DNA from: Felis catus
Lineage: Eukaryota
DNA length: 64,000 bases
NCBI RefSeq assembly: GCF_018350175.1
Contig: NC_058369.1
Coordinates: 22,880,001 to 22,944,000 of the forward strand
Reading direction: 5' to 3'
Shown: piece after piece, positions 33,715 to 45,510 of the stretch
Numbering within the stretch: position 1 is the first letter of the stretch
How the letters are laid out: the number at the start of each line of letters is the position of its first letter
Program-made: the position numbers and the translations under genes
The notes under the pieces: model-generated
Told to the model about the DNA's origin: nothing
Databases searched by the model: none
What the model saw: the letters and a program-made list of their open reading frames with translations, nothing else

Positions 33715-36700
33715 TACAGTGAACGTTTTTAAAAGATCTTGTGTGTTTGGAAAATTATTTGGGTAGGCTGGGCCACTTTCCGTTTGTGTGTAAACTAAGG
33801 TATTCAGAGAGGGAGCCGGGCAATCTCAAAGACAGTTTGGACCCACCCCACCAGGGATCATCCAAGATCCCCTGACGAAACCACTCCAGAAACCATCCAT
33901 GCCTGCCGGCCAGTAGTAATGTGTTTTCTGCAGGGTGACCATGTGTCCCGATATCACTCTTGTTTCCCTGGCTCACGTTGCCTGCTGCTCTGTGACCCAG
34001 TTTAGGGTAGGTGGTCAGGGCACAGGCTGTCCCTCGGCAGCACAGAGCACCATGTGCTGGGGAGAGATCCTGGCCGAGAACAGGACAAGATGAGGACGCT
34101 GGGAGTTTCTGAGAAGGATCTTTCCTAACTCTTTTTGTCTCATTCTCTTTTCTCTTACTTGATAGAATAGCTAAAAGCTATTCCATTATTATCATTATTA
34201 TTTTTGCTATCATTAATATTATAAGCAGCTGCCACGCACTGAGTGTTCACAGCTGCACAGCACCACGCTAACTCTGGAGAAGCACGTAAGCGCTCTCATC
34301 TGTGAAATGGGGCTGTCGCGGCCACGCCTCAGTGAGAGAGAGGTAGTGCTGGCTCCCGAAAGACTGGCATGTGTTAATAAATGCTCAACAAATGGGTATG
34401 ACTCCTATTAATAATAATCTCCCTCCAATCCTATCAGCTGAGTATTATCCTTATTTACAGATGAGGAAAGTGAGGCAGAGAGAAAGAGAGACAGATGGAA
34501 GGAGGAAGAGATAGATGGGCACAGAGAGGTGGACAGGCAGGGATGCTAGCATGTGGATGAGCACGTGTGAAGAGTTCCTGGAGTGGCCGTGTGAGTGGCG
34601 AGGGTCACCCTGCCCTGGCACGCCCATGCTCTCAAGCCCTGGCTCTGAGAGACGTACCGTGTCGTCGGGAAGGAAGTGGGCGCTGGTACTTCACCGGGGC
34701 GTGGGTCAGCTTTTATTCTCCGTTCTCCTGCTGCGTGACCTTGGGAGAGTACTTCCCTGGCACTCTGACCTGCCCCTCTGAAAAACGGGGGTGTTAATAG
34801 TACCACCTCGTAGGAATCACTTAGTTAACAAATGTTTCTTGAACATTTACACTTTTAGGGGACTAGCCCTACCAGGGTGCCCTGGCGTCTTTGCTTGTTA
34901 CTTAAATAGACCACAATAGCAAAGGCTTGAACCACAGTGAATCTGAGTCTTGGCTGGATGCCTTGGGATCCTCCTGGAACAGGAGAGAATGGGAGGGGTG
35001 CGCATGTGAGGAGCTGCTGTCTCCCTGGGAGGCTGTCATGAGACACTTGCCATCTTGCCATCTCCCCTGGGTTCTGATGAGGAGTGGGGCTTTCTGTCCC
35101 CTCCCCCAATAGAGCTGCAGAATATAAAGCCACCGGGCTGTAGCCTACATCGGGCCCCTCAGCAACGACTTGCGCTGCAGTCATCTGGCCCTTTTATCTC
35201 ATGTCATTCCTGTTGTTGCGTGGGGACGAGAACCACAGGGACCTGGCTGGTGCTGTGGCTTCCTTTTTCTGTCTAGGTAAGCGACACACTGCCCAGATCT
35301 AAAAGTGGCTCTTTGTATCTCCCCCTGTTGGATCAGACAGGCCCTGGCTTTGACTTGCTTTGTCTGTTTGTGCAGTTTGACAGCACTGAGCGAGCCACAG
35401 TCTCTGTGCACGCTGGAAAAGATAATGACCTTGGTTCTCTGCTCTCATGGAATTTCCAGCCTCACAGGGGGATGAAAAACAAACACACGCACACATAAAT
35501 GAATAAATCCAAATGAGGCAGATGCTGGCAAGGTAATGTGTTAAAGCACATACCATTGTCCACTGTGTGCAAGCACTTAGCAAAGGGATCCTTTGACACC
35601 CCTCCCCTGCTCCCCCGACCCTGCTGCCAGCCTTGGTTCTGGAATTTCAAAACGCCATCTAGAGCGCACACACCATCATGTGAAGTGACTTTCCAAAGAG
35701 GCTTCTTGAGGATTTGCACTGGCCCCTGAGCGCGTGGACTGGGAGAGCCTGACACCACGCTGGCCTGGCTCCTGGGCTCACTTTCTAAGAGTGTGTGCAA
35801 ACAGCACATCCTGGCGATGATGGTTACAACTCCCAGGTGGCCAGATCCCTGCAGGTGGGCCGGCCCGCCCGAAGGCCAGGGTCAGGCCTTCCCCACAGCC
35901 TGAACAAGAGCTCCTCGCATCAGGCCTTTATTGATTTGTCATGGGGACGAGTATAGCCCAGGCCATGCAGCAAAACTTACTCCGTCACTTTTAGCTTCAA
36001 GTCTCCTCCACAAGCCTGGCCCTGAGCAGTCAGCTCAGCCCTCAGATTGCACTGCCCCCTTGGAACACCAGCGCATGGCAGTTATTCCCACATGGAGTGT
36101 AGACTGCTCCTTAAGGGCACCTCAGAAGCTAGACGTTAATCGCAGCAATAACGTTTTGAGCGCCTGCCATAGACCAGGCGCTGTGCTAGTGCTTTTCCCC
36201 GAGGCGTCCCTAACTTCACGATCACAGCGAGAACAAGACACGGTGTGCTCTGTTTTGCAGAGATCCAGGGGCTTCGTACCTGAATCGAGTGGGGACTTGA
36301 TTTTGGTACGTGAGGTCCCTGCTTCTTGGGGGCAGGCAGCACCTATAGACAGGCAGTGACAGAGCATGTGGGGAGGGTGCCACCGCAGTGGCGGCAGACC
36401 TGAGCTGGCGCCCAGGGCCCTGGGAGAGCGGCGCCTCTGCCTTGGCTTCTGGCCTGGATCAATAGCTGCTGTGGCATCGCTTTGGTGAGAAGCAGCGTGG
36501 CGCCCCGCCCCCCCCCGCCCCGGTTCTGGTCCCGCCACACAGGGGGGTAGAGCGGTGCAGTGGGCAGCACTGGTTCCTCTCTGTGACCCGCGCCCCCGAT
36601 CGTGGTCATGCTCTCCTTGCTCACCATCATCCACACCCACACGTGTCCCATCCAGTCTGTGTCCACTTGCGGAGTAGAATCCAGGAGGCAGTCTGGGCTC

Positions 36701-38129
36701 TGGTCTCCGAGTTGCTGAGAATTGGCTCTGCACAGGTCACATCACCTCCCTGGGCCTTTCAGGTAATTAAGGACCTGCCTGTGCTGCTGCCTCTGTCCTC
36801 AGCGTGGGCTGCCCTCCAGCATTCCGAGGGGCTTGACATAGAGCAACATTGGGCAAGTTAGGTGATGTGAACACTAATCTCAACTCATCCCTTGATGAAT
36901 CGAGCACCACCGTGCTGCATATACATTCCCAGGATACACAACGATCTTCCTTTTCCTTTTTCCCCTCAGCCCTTCTTCCCTCCCCTTCCTCTCTGCTCCC
37001 CTGGAGGACTCCTCTGTCATCAGGACACCCTGTCAGGGCCATAATCCCCCTCTGACCATGCGGAGGGGATTTGAGGATTCGGGGGAGCAGGGAGAGAGGT
37101 TGCCAAGTTTCTGGGCATTCATCACTGCTTCCTCCAGGGAAGACCGGCTTTACCCTGACACACTTAGCCAGTGTTCTGAGGAATTTGCTGTCATCCTGCG
37201 CTGCTTTGTTCTCATTCCCCTTGGCCGTGGTACAGAGATGCACAGAGCTCGCAGGGTCCTCTATCTGCTTCTTCTCAAGGCTCGCCCATATGCGAGTGAG
37301 ACCCCAGGCCCACCTCTCTTGAGGCTGCCACTTTATTTGTGCAGCAGGAGCAGAGGGGTCCACGTTCTGTATGCATGGATTGTTTTGAGCTTTTGGAAAT
37401 GTGACCCCTGTAATTATTCTCTTTGCATTGGTTTCTGCCAATAAAATGTGGTCCAGAAGACCTACCTAAGGGGCTCTGCTCCTAACTCTGTGACCTTAGG
37501 CGTGTTACTCAGCCACTTGAGCTCAGTTTCCACATCTGTAAAATGGGGAGTACATGAGTGCCCACCCGGCCATTGTTTTGAGAATCAAATGTTAGATGTC
37601 TTAGAACAAACTAAGGTGTTCAGTCCTTGCTGATGGCATTCATGTTCCACAGCTTTTTAAAGGTACTGCCTTGGGTAAATGACTAAAGTTGTCTATTGCC
37701 CCAGGCTCCTCCTTTCTAAATGTGCGTGGGGGACCTATAATAGGAAAAAGTGGACCAAAGGATGAAAAGAGCTTAAGCAAATGCCAAGTACGCATACAAG
37801 GCTGTTGTCATTATTTTTAGTGTGATACATTTTTGAAATTGAACCCATTCTCCCTTTTCCTGTGTTAATTCTTACTCAGATAATGCCTGGTGAACAGTTC
37901 ATGGTACCCTTTCCAGGACCACCAAGATCGCGTATATTCTGTTGTTTTTTGAGTGTGTGTATGTGTGACGTAAGTGCATATTAAGTGGTTTTTTCCCACA
38001 TGGGCATGTGTGTGGCGCGCATCCAGTTGCCATGGGAAGACTTGCATCTCTTTGTCTTCCCTGATCAAAGACATCTCAGCCAGAATAAACCTCCATGTGG
38101 ACACATGCATGACGGTGCTTGTGTGAGTT

Positions 38130-38131
<2 letters not shown>

Positions 38132-38165
<34 letters not shown>
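38132..38165. repeat. (TG)n microsatellite
   Basis: Direct reading. Confidence 0.93.
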
Positions 38166-38189
38166 ATGTGCGCTGTGACTATTCATTTT

Positions 38190-38393
38190 TCTTTTTCTTT
38201 TTTTGTAAGTTTATTTTTGAGAAAGAGACAGAGAGAGAGTGGGCAGGGGAGGAGCAGAGAGAGAGAATGTCAAGCAGGCTCTGCGCTGTCAGCACAGAGC
38301 CTGATGCAGGGCTCAAACTCACAAACCATGAGATCATGACCTGAGCCGAAACCAAGAGTCTGATGCTTAATCGACTGAGCCACCCAGGTGCTC
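38190..38393 (-). mobile_element. Can-SINE
   Basis: Antisense SINE body ending gccacccaggtgctcc. Confidence 0.9.
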
Positions 38394-39295
38394 CTCATCT
38401 CTCTTTACAAAGCTTTATCTTTTTGAAATTGGTAAACTCGGCGCTGGGACAGTGGCTCACAGACTGAGAGCCTGAGGGGTCTCCTCTGCTTGAATACTGA
38501 AATTGCCAAGAAATGTGTCAGACTCTTCGTCTGTTGAGATGTGCTGGAGAGTATTCTTTGGGTCAGCCAGCTTGTGACCGGGCATCTCGGCCATGGAGCG
38601 GGCTCTGCTGCTGTGCTGGAAAAGAAGACCATGGTCTGTTTTACTCAGAAGGAGAAAAAGAAGTGAGCCTGGAAACCCTACGAGTCGTAGCAAAATTACC
38701 GTCAACTCAATTTGCAGACATCTTGAAAAAGACAAGCTGCTGTCTCTCCCCTAGTGAGTCTCTGCCGGGAATAAATCCTGCCAAGCCAACCTCATCTCCT
38801 TCCCTAATCAAGTGGCGGCCGGGCTATTGAACATGGTGATTGTCCCAATTGTCCTTTTCACGGGGCCTGTGAGGCCGAGAACTAGAGTCTTGGCAGTTCT
38901 TGGAAATAATGACCTCTTACAAGAACATCCAATTCAGAAGCAGCTTCAAACTCTGGCTTCCTTCTAGACAAAAGTGTTTACATTTCTCCTCTCATCAACG
39001 GACTGATTGCGGGTATGTTTTCAGCTAGAGTAAGAGACAGTAGTGAGCTGTGAAGCCGCTGCTGAGTTGTATCTATAATTGAAATGCCAAATGTAAAACT
39101 AAATATAATTTGCCATTATTTTCCCCAAGATCCTATGGGTGTTTTGAGCTTGTTTGAAACTAGTCTAAGAAATAGAATAATCCTTTCACCTGCTCCTGCT
39201 GTCTTATAATAAGGTGATGTGAGAAATTGTTGAACAGGGCTCAACCTAGTCATTGTCCCGAATATATATTTTGAAACAACCAAATTGAAGGACAT

Positions 39296-39697
39296 TGCAG
39301 TGGATTGAATAATATTCCCTTCAAAAATTTGTATCCACGTGGAACCTCAAACTGTGACCTTATGTGGAAATAGGGTCTTTGCAGATGCAACTTTTTAAGG
39401 ATCTGGAGATGAGATCGTACTGGATTTTAGGGTGGGCTCTAAATCCAATGGCAGGTGTCCCTGTAAGAAGAGAGGAGGACACACAGAGGCACACAGAGAG
39501 GAAGGCCATGTGAAGAGAGATGTGGAGATTTGGAGTATGTGTAGAAATACCAGGGATTGCCAGGAACCACCAGAAGGTAAAGAGGGGCATGGGACAGTTT
39601 CTCCCCCAGAGTCTTCCCAAGGAACCAGCCCTCCGATGCTTGACTTCAGACTTCTGACTTCCGGAAGTGTGAGAGGCAGCACTGGGAAAGTAACATA
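39296..39697 (+). mobile_element. MaLR (MLT1-like) solo LTR
   Basis: 'ggaacctcaaactgtgaccttatgtggaaatagggtctttgcagatg', 'ggccatgtgaag', 'tgacttcagacttctg'. Confidence 0.85.
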
Positions 39698-39919
39698 CCT
39701 GCCAGGGTCCTTCTGAGTCCTTTTCTACAGTCTCTCAAGTCACCTCCACATGGGGCTGCGTGGGCGGGTGGAAGGCATCAAGGTCAGGAGACGAAGAAAG
39801 GCTGAGGACCTTTGCTGAGAGGTGGAAGAGACAGGACAGCTAACGTCGTGTGTGATCCTGGGTCGGTTTCAGGCCCAGACAGAGGACAGCGGCAGGGCTG
39901 TTGATGCAATTTAAATCGG

Positions 39920-40095
39920 ATCTGTAAAGAGTGTTGGTATTGTGTCTGTGTGAGTGTTGTGGTTTTGATTATTGGACTGTGGTTAAGTAAGAGGTTAACA
40001 TTTGGGGAAGCTGGATATAGGGTATTTTGGATTCCCCCCCCCCCCTTTTTGCAACTGTTTTAGAGTCTGAAAGTATTTCATAATGAAAATTTAAA
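39920..40095 (+). mobile_element. Old L1 3' end fragment (L1MC/ME-like)
   Basis: 'gttaacatttggggaagctggatatagggt..ttttgcaactgttttagagtctgaaagtatttcataatgaaaattt'. Confidence 0.6.
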
Positions 40096-40279
40096 ACAGT
40101 GATACCATGTATAGGTGTATAGGAGCAAGAGGGTGAGCAAGAGGTGTGGGGGATGATTTGGGATATGGTGAGGACTGTGAACTGGCTCCTGTCCACATTA
40201 CTGCAGTGAAGACACAGGCATTGCTTCTCAGCACACCAGCAATTTTCTTCCCATACTTGTGAGGAAGGTTTGTTTGTTT

Positions 40280-40492
40280 TTGTTCATTCATTCATTCATT
40301 CCTATATAGAGAGACAGTGTGAGTGTGGGAGAGGGGCAGAGGGGTAGAGAGGGAGGTGGGGGGGGAGAATCTTAAGCAGGCTCCACACTCAGCGTGGAGC
40401 CTGATGCGGGCCTGGATCTCATGACTCTGAGATCATGACCTGGCCCAAAATCAAGAGTTGGATGCTCAACCGATTGACTCACCCAGGTGCCC
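40280..40492 (-). mobile_element. Older Can-SINE
   Basis: Antisense body 'gaatcttaagcaggctccacactcagcgtggagcc..cacccaggtgccc'. Confidence 0.88.
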
Positions 40493-40514
40493 AGTATATT
40501 TATTTTAAAAAAAA

Positions 40515-40730
40515 AAATTTTTTTTTTCAACGTTTATTTATTTTTGGGACAGAGAAAGACAGAGCATGAACGGGGGAGGGGCAGAGAGAGAGGGAGACAC
40601 AGAATCGGAAACAGGCTCCAGGCTCTGAGCCATCAGCCCAGAGCCTGACACGGGGCTCGAAACCACGGACCGCGAGATCGTGACCTGGCTGAAGTCAGAC
40701 GCTTAACCGACTGCGCCACCCAGGCGCCCC
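40515..40730 (-). mobile_element. Young Can-SINE (SINEC_Fc), directly beside the previous SINE
   Basis: Nearly identical to the copy at 2222; TSD tatttatttt at 40497-40506 and 40731-40740. Confidence 0.96.
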
Positions 40731-42481
40731 TATTTATTTTAAATCAAATCCCTGCAAATTCTCTGGGTGCTAAGAACGTCACTCATGAAAACAGCCTCCT
40801 TTCCTTCTCCCCACTTGAAATGGAATGCTATACTGCTATTACTGAGGACAGCAATGTGTGTGGTCTGGGAAGCTAATAAATGGAACAGAGAGGGAGGGTT
40901 TAGTTGGAAAGGAGTGCATATAGCCCACTCCCATTTTATACAAATAAAACATACAGAGAAGGGAGTAGATGGCCTTAAGTCAGGATGCTAACAGTGATTA
41001 TTTACAGGATGGGGGTGAATTTCTTTTTTTTTTTTTCTTTTTCTTTCTTTTTCTTTTTTTTTTTCTTTTTGGTCATTTGGTTTTTGGTTAATTGAGAAGT
41101 TATTTTTTAAGGGAAAGAATAAAATTATTTTTAGAGGGTGATTCCCACTCTCTTCCCCCTACAAAAGAGCTCTATGTTTGGTCTAAGATAAAAAGCCCCG
41201 AGTGGAAACTTCTTGCAGAATTCATTTATCATTCCACTCTCTCCTCAGGTAAGACTGAGGCTGGAGCTCTATCGCTATTCTCAAAGTGGCCAACGTGACA
41301 GCAAAGTCTGTTTTGGTGGTCTAGTTAGAGTCTGAAATATCCAGCTGAGGAATAGTCTTGGCTCAAGACCTCAAGATTTTTTTTTGAAACACTGTCTGCA
41401 TTTTGTTTATCGAAAGGTCTTTCTTTTTTGGCACAATTAAATAGATTTTAGAATTTGCAGTTGTGGGTCCTTAATATATTCATCCCAAGATGCCTTTGTG
41501 CATCTGGTATATATTTCCATATTGTTTTTGCTAATAGTTTTGGAGAGATTTTAAACATTTGAACCTTTCTTTTTTCTTGCTTTAAAGACAATGTCTGGAG
41601 AAAGTTAAGTACCCAGAAAGTTATTAATTTTTTTGTACCCTTCAGTGCGCTGTAGTCAGCTACTTCAAGACGAAAGGGCCCATTTGTTCTTGCCCTTCTT
41701 CCCTTTTCTCCTTAAATAGACTTCAGGATTGGATTGACCTTCTGGTATGAATTTTTACTGATTCCATATGCTAATTAACTATGTCTTATCCCTAATTCAA
41801 TTGTAAGAGATAAGATCTCCATATATGTATATGTGGTAAATACATAATATGTCTTAGAGAACGAATTTTGAACAACTTAAAATTAAATTAAATATCTGTT
41901 TTAAGTAACATGTTTTCTTTTAAATATTTCTACCTTTTATGATGGGCTATTATTTTGAAACAAGCTTTATCATCCTCTCTTCACATCTTTTGTTGTTCTT
42001 GTTGTTGCTGATTCCACCCATCCCCTGACCATGCAGCAACCAAGCTAGACTTTATTTTGACCTTGTAAACGTTGACTGGGTATCACAGATACCCTTGCTT
42101 TGGGATATTCCATGAGTAACACAGCTTTCAGTTCTTACACTTTGTTGTATTCTAATAATGTAAATGGTATTGGAATAGCAACACCTTTAATTTTACATGT
42201 CCTTTAACTCACATACAAAAGAGAAACAAGCCATTTAAAGATAATCAAACAGACCAAAGGGTGAAATCAGGGTGGATTAAATGAGAACGTGGAATTGGAT
42301 ACTAGCAGCAGAGATGGCCTGTCTTATTTCTAGTGAACTGCTGTAATAAAATTAGTCATCAAATGTGTTAGGACTCCAAAATGTTATTGGAGTTTTGATT
42401 TACTCTGTACTTCTGGCAGTTTAAAATATGTTCCAAGCTATTTAATCAAATTGGTTACATAGATCAGCATCAGTATATTAA

Positions 42482-42523
42482 AAGTTTTAGCATCCTTTTT
42501 TTTTTTTTTTAAGTTTTAGCATC
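42482..42523 (-). mobile_element. Poly(A)-only retroinsertion with TSD
   Basis: aagttttagcatc (42482-42494) + c + T15 + aagttttagcatc (42511-42523). Confidence 0.7.
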
Positions 42524-42742
42524 TTTATTACTAGGAGATCTTTCCAAACAAGTATTTCTACAAATATGAAAATAACAAAGTTTGGGCTACTAAAATTTTT
42601 AAGAAAAGATTTTTCAAACCTTGACTTATAAGCACACTTTTATGAAAACACTTTCAGCTGAAAATCTGTAAGTAGTCCTGTCCTTGAAGGTTTTGGAGGT
42701 CAATCTCCATTTCTGCAGGCTTGCCCCGTCATACATCATTTT

Positions 42743-44495
42743 CTTACATATAATTTATTGTCAGATTGGTTTCCATACAACACCCAGTGCTCATCCCAAC
42801 GGGTGCCCTCCTCCATGCCCATCACCCACTTTCCCCTCTCCCCCACTCCCCATCAACCCTCAGTTTGCTCTCAGTCCTTAAGAGTCTCTTGTGGTTTGCC
42901 TCCCTCCCTTTCTGTAACTTTTTTCCCCCTTCCACTCCCCCATGGTCTTCTGTTAAGTTTCTCAAGATCCACATGAGTGAAAACATGGTATCTGTCTTTC
43001 TCTGCCTGACTTATTTCACTTAGCCTAATACCCAATGGCCAAAGGCCAGATTTCATTCTTTCTCACTGCCAAGTAGTATTCCATTGTATATATAAACCAC
43101 ATCATTTTTTTTTAATCCATTAGTCAGTTGATGGACATTTAGGCTCTTTCCATAATTTGGCTGTTGTTGAAAGTGCTGCTGTAAACATTGGGGTACATGT
43201 GCCCCTATGCATCAGCACTCCTGTACCCCTTGGGTAAATTCCTAGCAGTGCTATTGCTGGGTCATAGGGTAGGTCTATTTTTAATTTTTTGAGGAGCCTC
43301 CACACTGTTTTCCAGAGTGGCTGTACCAGTTTGCATTCCCACCGGCAGTACAAGAGGGTTCCCGTTTCTCCACATCCTCTCCAGCATCTATAGTCTCCTG
43401 ATTTGTTCATTTTAGCCACTCTGACTGGCGTGAGGTGGTATCTCAGTGTGATTTTTATTTGTATTTCCCTGATGAGGAGTGACGTTGAGCATCTATCTTT
43501 TCATGTGCCTGTTGGCCATCTGGATGTCTTCTTTAGAAAAGTGTCTATTCATGTCTTCTGCCCATTTCTTCACTGGATTATTTGTTTTTTGGGTGTGGAG
43601 TTTGGTGAGTTCTTTATAGATTTTGGATACTAGCCCTTTGTCTGATATGTCATTTGCAAATATCTTTTCCCATTCCGTTGGTTGCCTTTTAGTTTTGTTG
43701 ATGTTTCCTTTGCAGTGCAGAAGCTTTTTTTCTTGATGAGGTCCCAATAGTTCATTTTTGCTTTTAATTCCCTTGCCTTTGGAGAAGTGTTGAGTAAGAA
43801 ATTGCTGCAGCTGAGGTCAAAGAGATTTTTTCCTGCTTTCTCCTGTAGGGTTCTGATGGTTTCCTGTCTCATGCTCAGGTCCTTCATCCATTTTGAGTTT
43901 ATTATTGTGAGTGATGTAAGAAAGTGGTCTAATTTCATTCTTCTGCATGTTGCTGTCCAGTTCTCCCAGTACCACTCGTTAAAGAGACTGTCTTTTTTCC
44001 ATTGGATACTCTTTCCTGCTTTGCCAAACATTAGTTGGCCATACATCTGTGGGTCCAATTCTGGGGTCTCTGTTCTATTCCGTTGATCTATGTGTCTGTT
44101 TTTGTGCCAATACCATGATGTCTTGATGATTACAGCTTTGTAGTAGAGGCTAACGTCTGGGATTGTGATGCTTCCCACTTTGGTTTTCTTCTTCAATATT
44201 ACTTTGGCTATTCAGGGTCTTTTGTGTTGTGGTTCCATACAGATTTTAGGATTGTTTGTTCTAGCTTCGAGAAGAATGCTGGTGCAATTTTGATTGGTAT
44301 TGCATTGAATGGGTAGATTGCATTGCATAGTATTGACATTTTAACAATATTTATTCTTCCAATCCATGAGCATGGAATGTTTTTCCATTTCTTTGTAGCT
44401 TCTTCAATTTCCTTCATAAGCTTTCTGTAGGTTTCAGCATACAGATCTTTTACATCAAGAACCATAAAATACCTAGGAATAAACCTAACCAAAGA
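42743..44495 (-). mobile_element. 5'-truncated felid L1 (decayed ORF2 C-terminus and 3'UTR) with a short 5' inversion
   Basis: ORF-track peptides [44 protein letters not shown] and [26 protein letters not shown] are L1 ORF2; 14-bp TSD tcatacatcatttt at 42729-42742 and 44496-44509. Confidence 0.97.
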
Positions 44496-44509
44496 TCATA
44501 CATCATTTT

Positions 44510-44880
44510 TGTAGCAACTGACTTCTTCCTCTTTGGGTGCAGTTCCTGTTAAATATGTCTAGTCTTGTTGGTTTTATGTTAGTAGGAATATATTCTTCTT
44601 TTTCATTGTTTTTTGTAGCATGTAATCTGCTGGACTTGTAGCATTATTTCCCATGAAATACTTCTTTTTCTCTTCTTTGATTTTTTTTCTTTGCATCCCA
44701 AGAGATCTATCTTTTTGCATTAAACTTCCCTTGATAAAGTTCCTTCTGTCTGCCATGTAGTTTTAGAATGCTCAACATACCTCTTGTATACTATTATGGT
44801 ATAGAAATGCTTCACTTGGGAAATGGTCCCTCCAAATTTAAATTCTTTACGTGAATTAGTAGTTGGGGAAATACTGAGTC
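44510..44880 (-). mobile_element. Probable ancient RTE-clade LINE relic (L4/MamRTE-like) 3' region, continuing at ~42670-42728 beyond the L1
   Basis: Frameshifted antisense peptides IWRDHFPSEAFL..SI, RYVEH, KELYQGKFNAKR/SLGMQRKKIKE and, across the L1, GQACRN/EIDLQNLQ resemble the RTE ORF C-terminus. Confidence 0.45.
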
Positions 44881-44974
44881 ACATGGGTTTTGTGGCCTCT
44901 GAGTTGATTTTTTGGGTGTTTGTGACCATATCAGAACCTTAGAGGAGATGTTTATGGCTTGGCACTTTTACCTT

Positions 44975-45510
44975 CCTCTTGTTGCCAGTGGCACCCTGAT
45001 TTTCTTTTCGGGACCCATCCTTTATGGATGTTGGACTTGAAATCAGACCCAGGACTTAACAGGTTCAAGCAGGTGGATCAGCATGCCCCATCCCCATCCC
45101 GTGCTGACTTGTTCAGGGATGGATTTACAGTATTCAAAGTCAATAAATGTAAGGAGACATTTGGAGATTTCACGTTCTACCCCTGAGTAGAGTGGGGAAA
45201 AGATTGATGGCTCTAAGTGCTGCAGCAGTTTTGTGACCCTATGAAAGGAACGGCCAGAGATGCTGGGGCAAAGGCTGTAGGGAGAAGGGCCAGTTGTGTG
45301 AGAGGAAGGGTCTGAGGATGCAGCCAACTTAGTGGGATTCAGGACAGAAAGAAAGTAACTGGGTCCTTGGTGAAATAATTGGCCATCTTGGGATAAGTCT
45401 ACCCCTTAACCATTCCTACCCGTCATCTTCTTAGTTCTAGAAGCCAATATCTTTTAAGGTATTTTGAGTAGGATGTTTGGTTCTTTAAATTGAAAAGATT
45501 CCCAACTTGA
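44975..45510 (+). mobile_element. Old MaLR (MLT1J/K-like) LTR relic
   Basis: 'gacttgttcagggatgg', 'gctgcagcagttttgtgaccctatgaaagg' and a terminal '..aaattgaaaagattcccaact'. Confidence 0.5.

Noticed and set aside
36122..37444. 203-aa and 224-aa minus-strand ORFs
   Set aside because: No domain similarity I recognise, low-complexity composition and no splice or promoter support
42690..42735. Minus-strand GKPAEMEID as a Gypsy protease motif, or ..DYLQIFS* as a pseudogene C-terminus
   Set aside because: No DTG/DSG catalytic triad and no parent gene recognised; the neighbouring motifs fit an RTE C-terminus better
43120..44492. L1 ORF2 peptides as an active retrotransposon
   Set aside because: 5'-truncated, frameshifted, and lacking ORF1, the endonuclease and most of the RT
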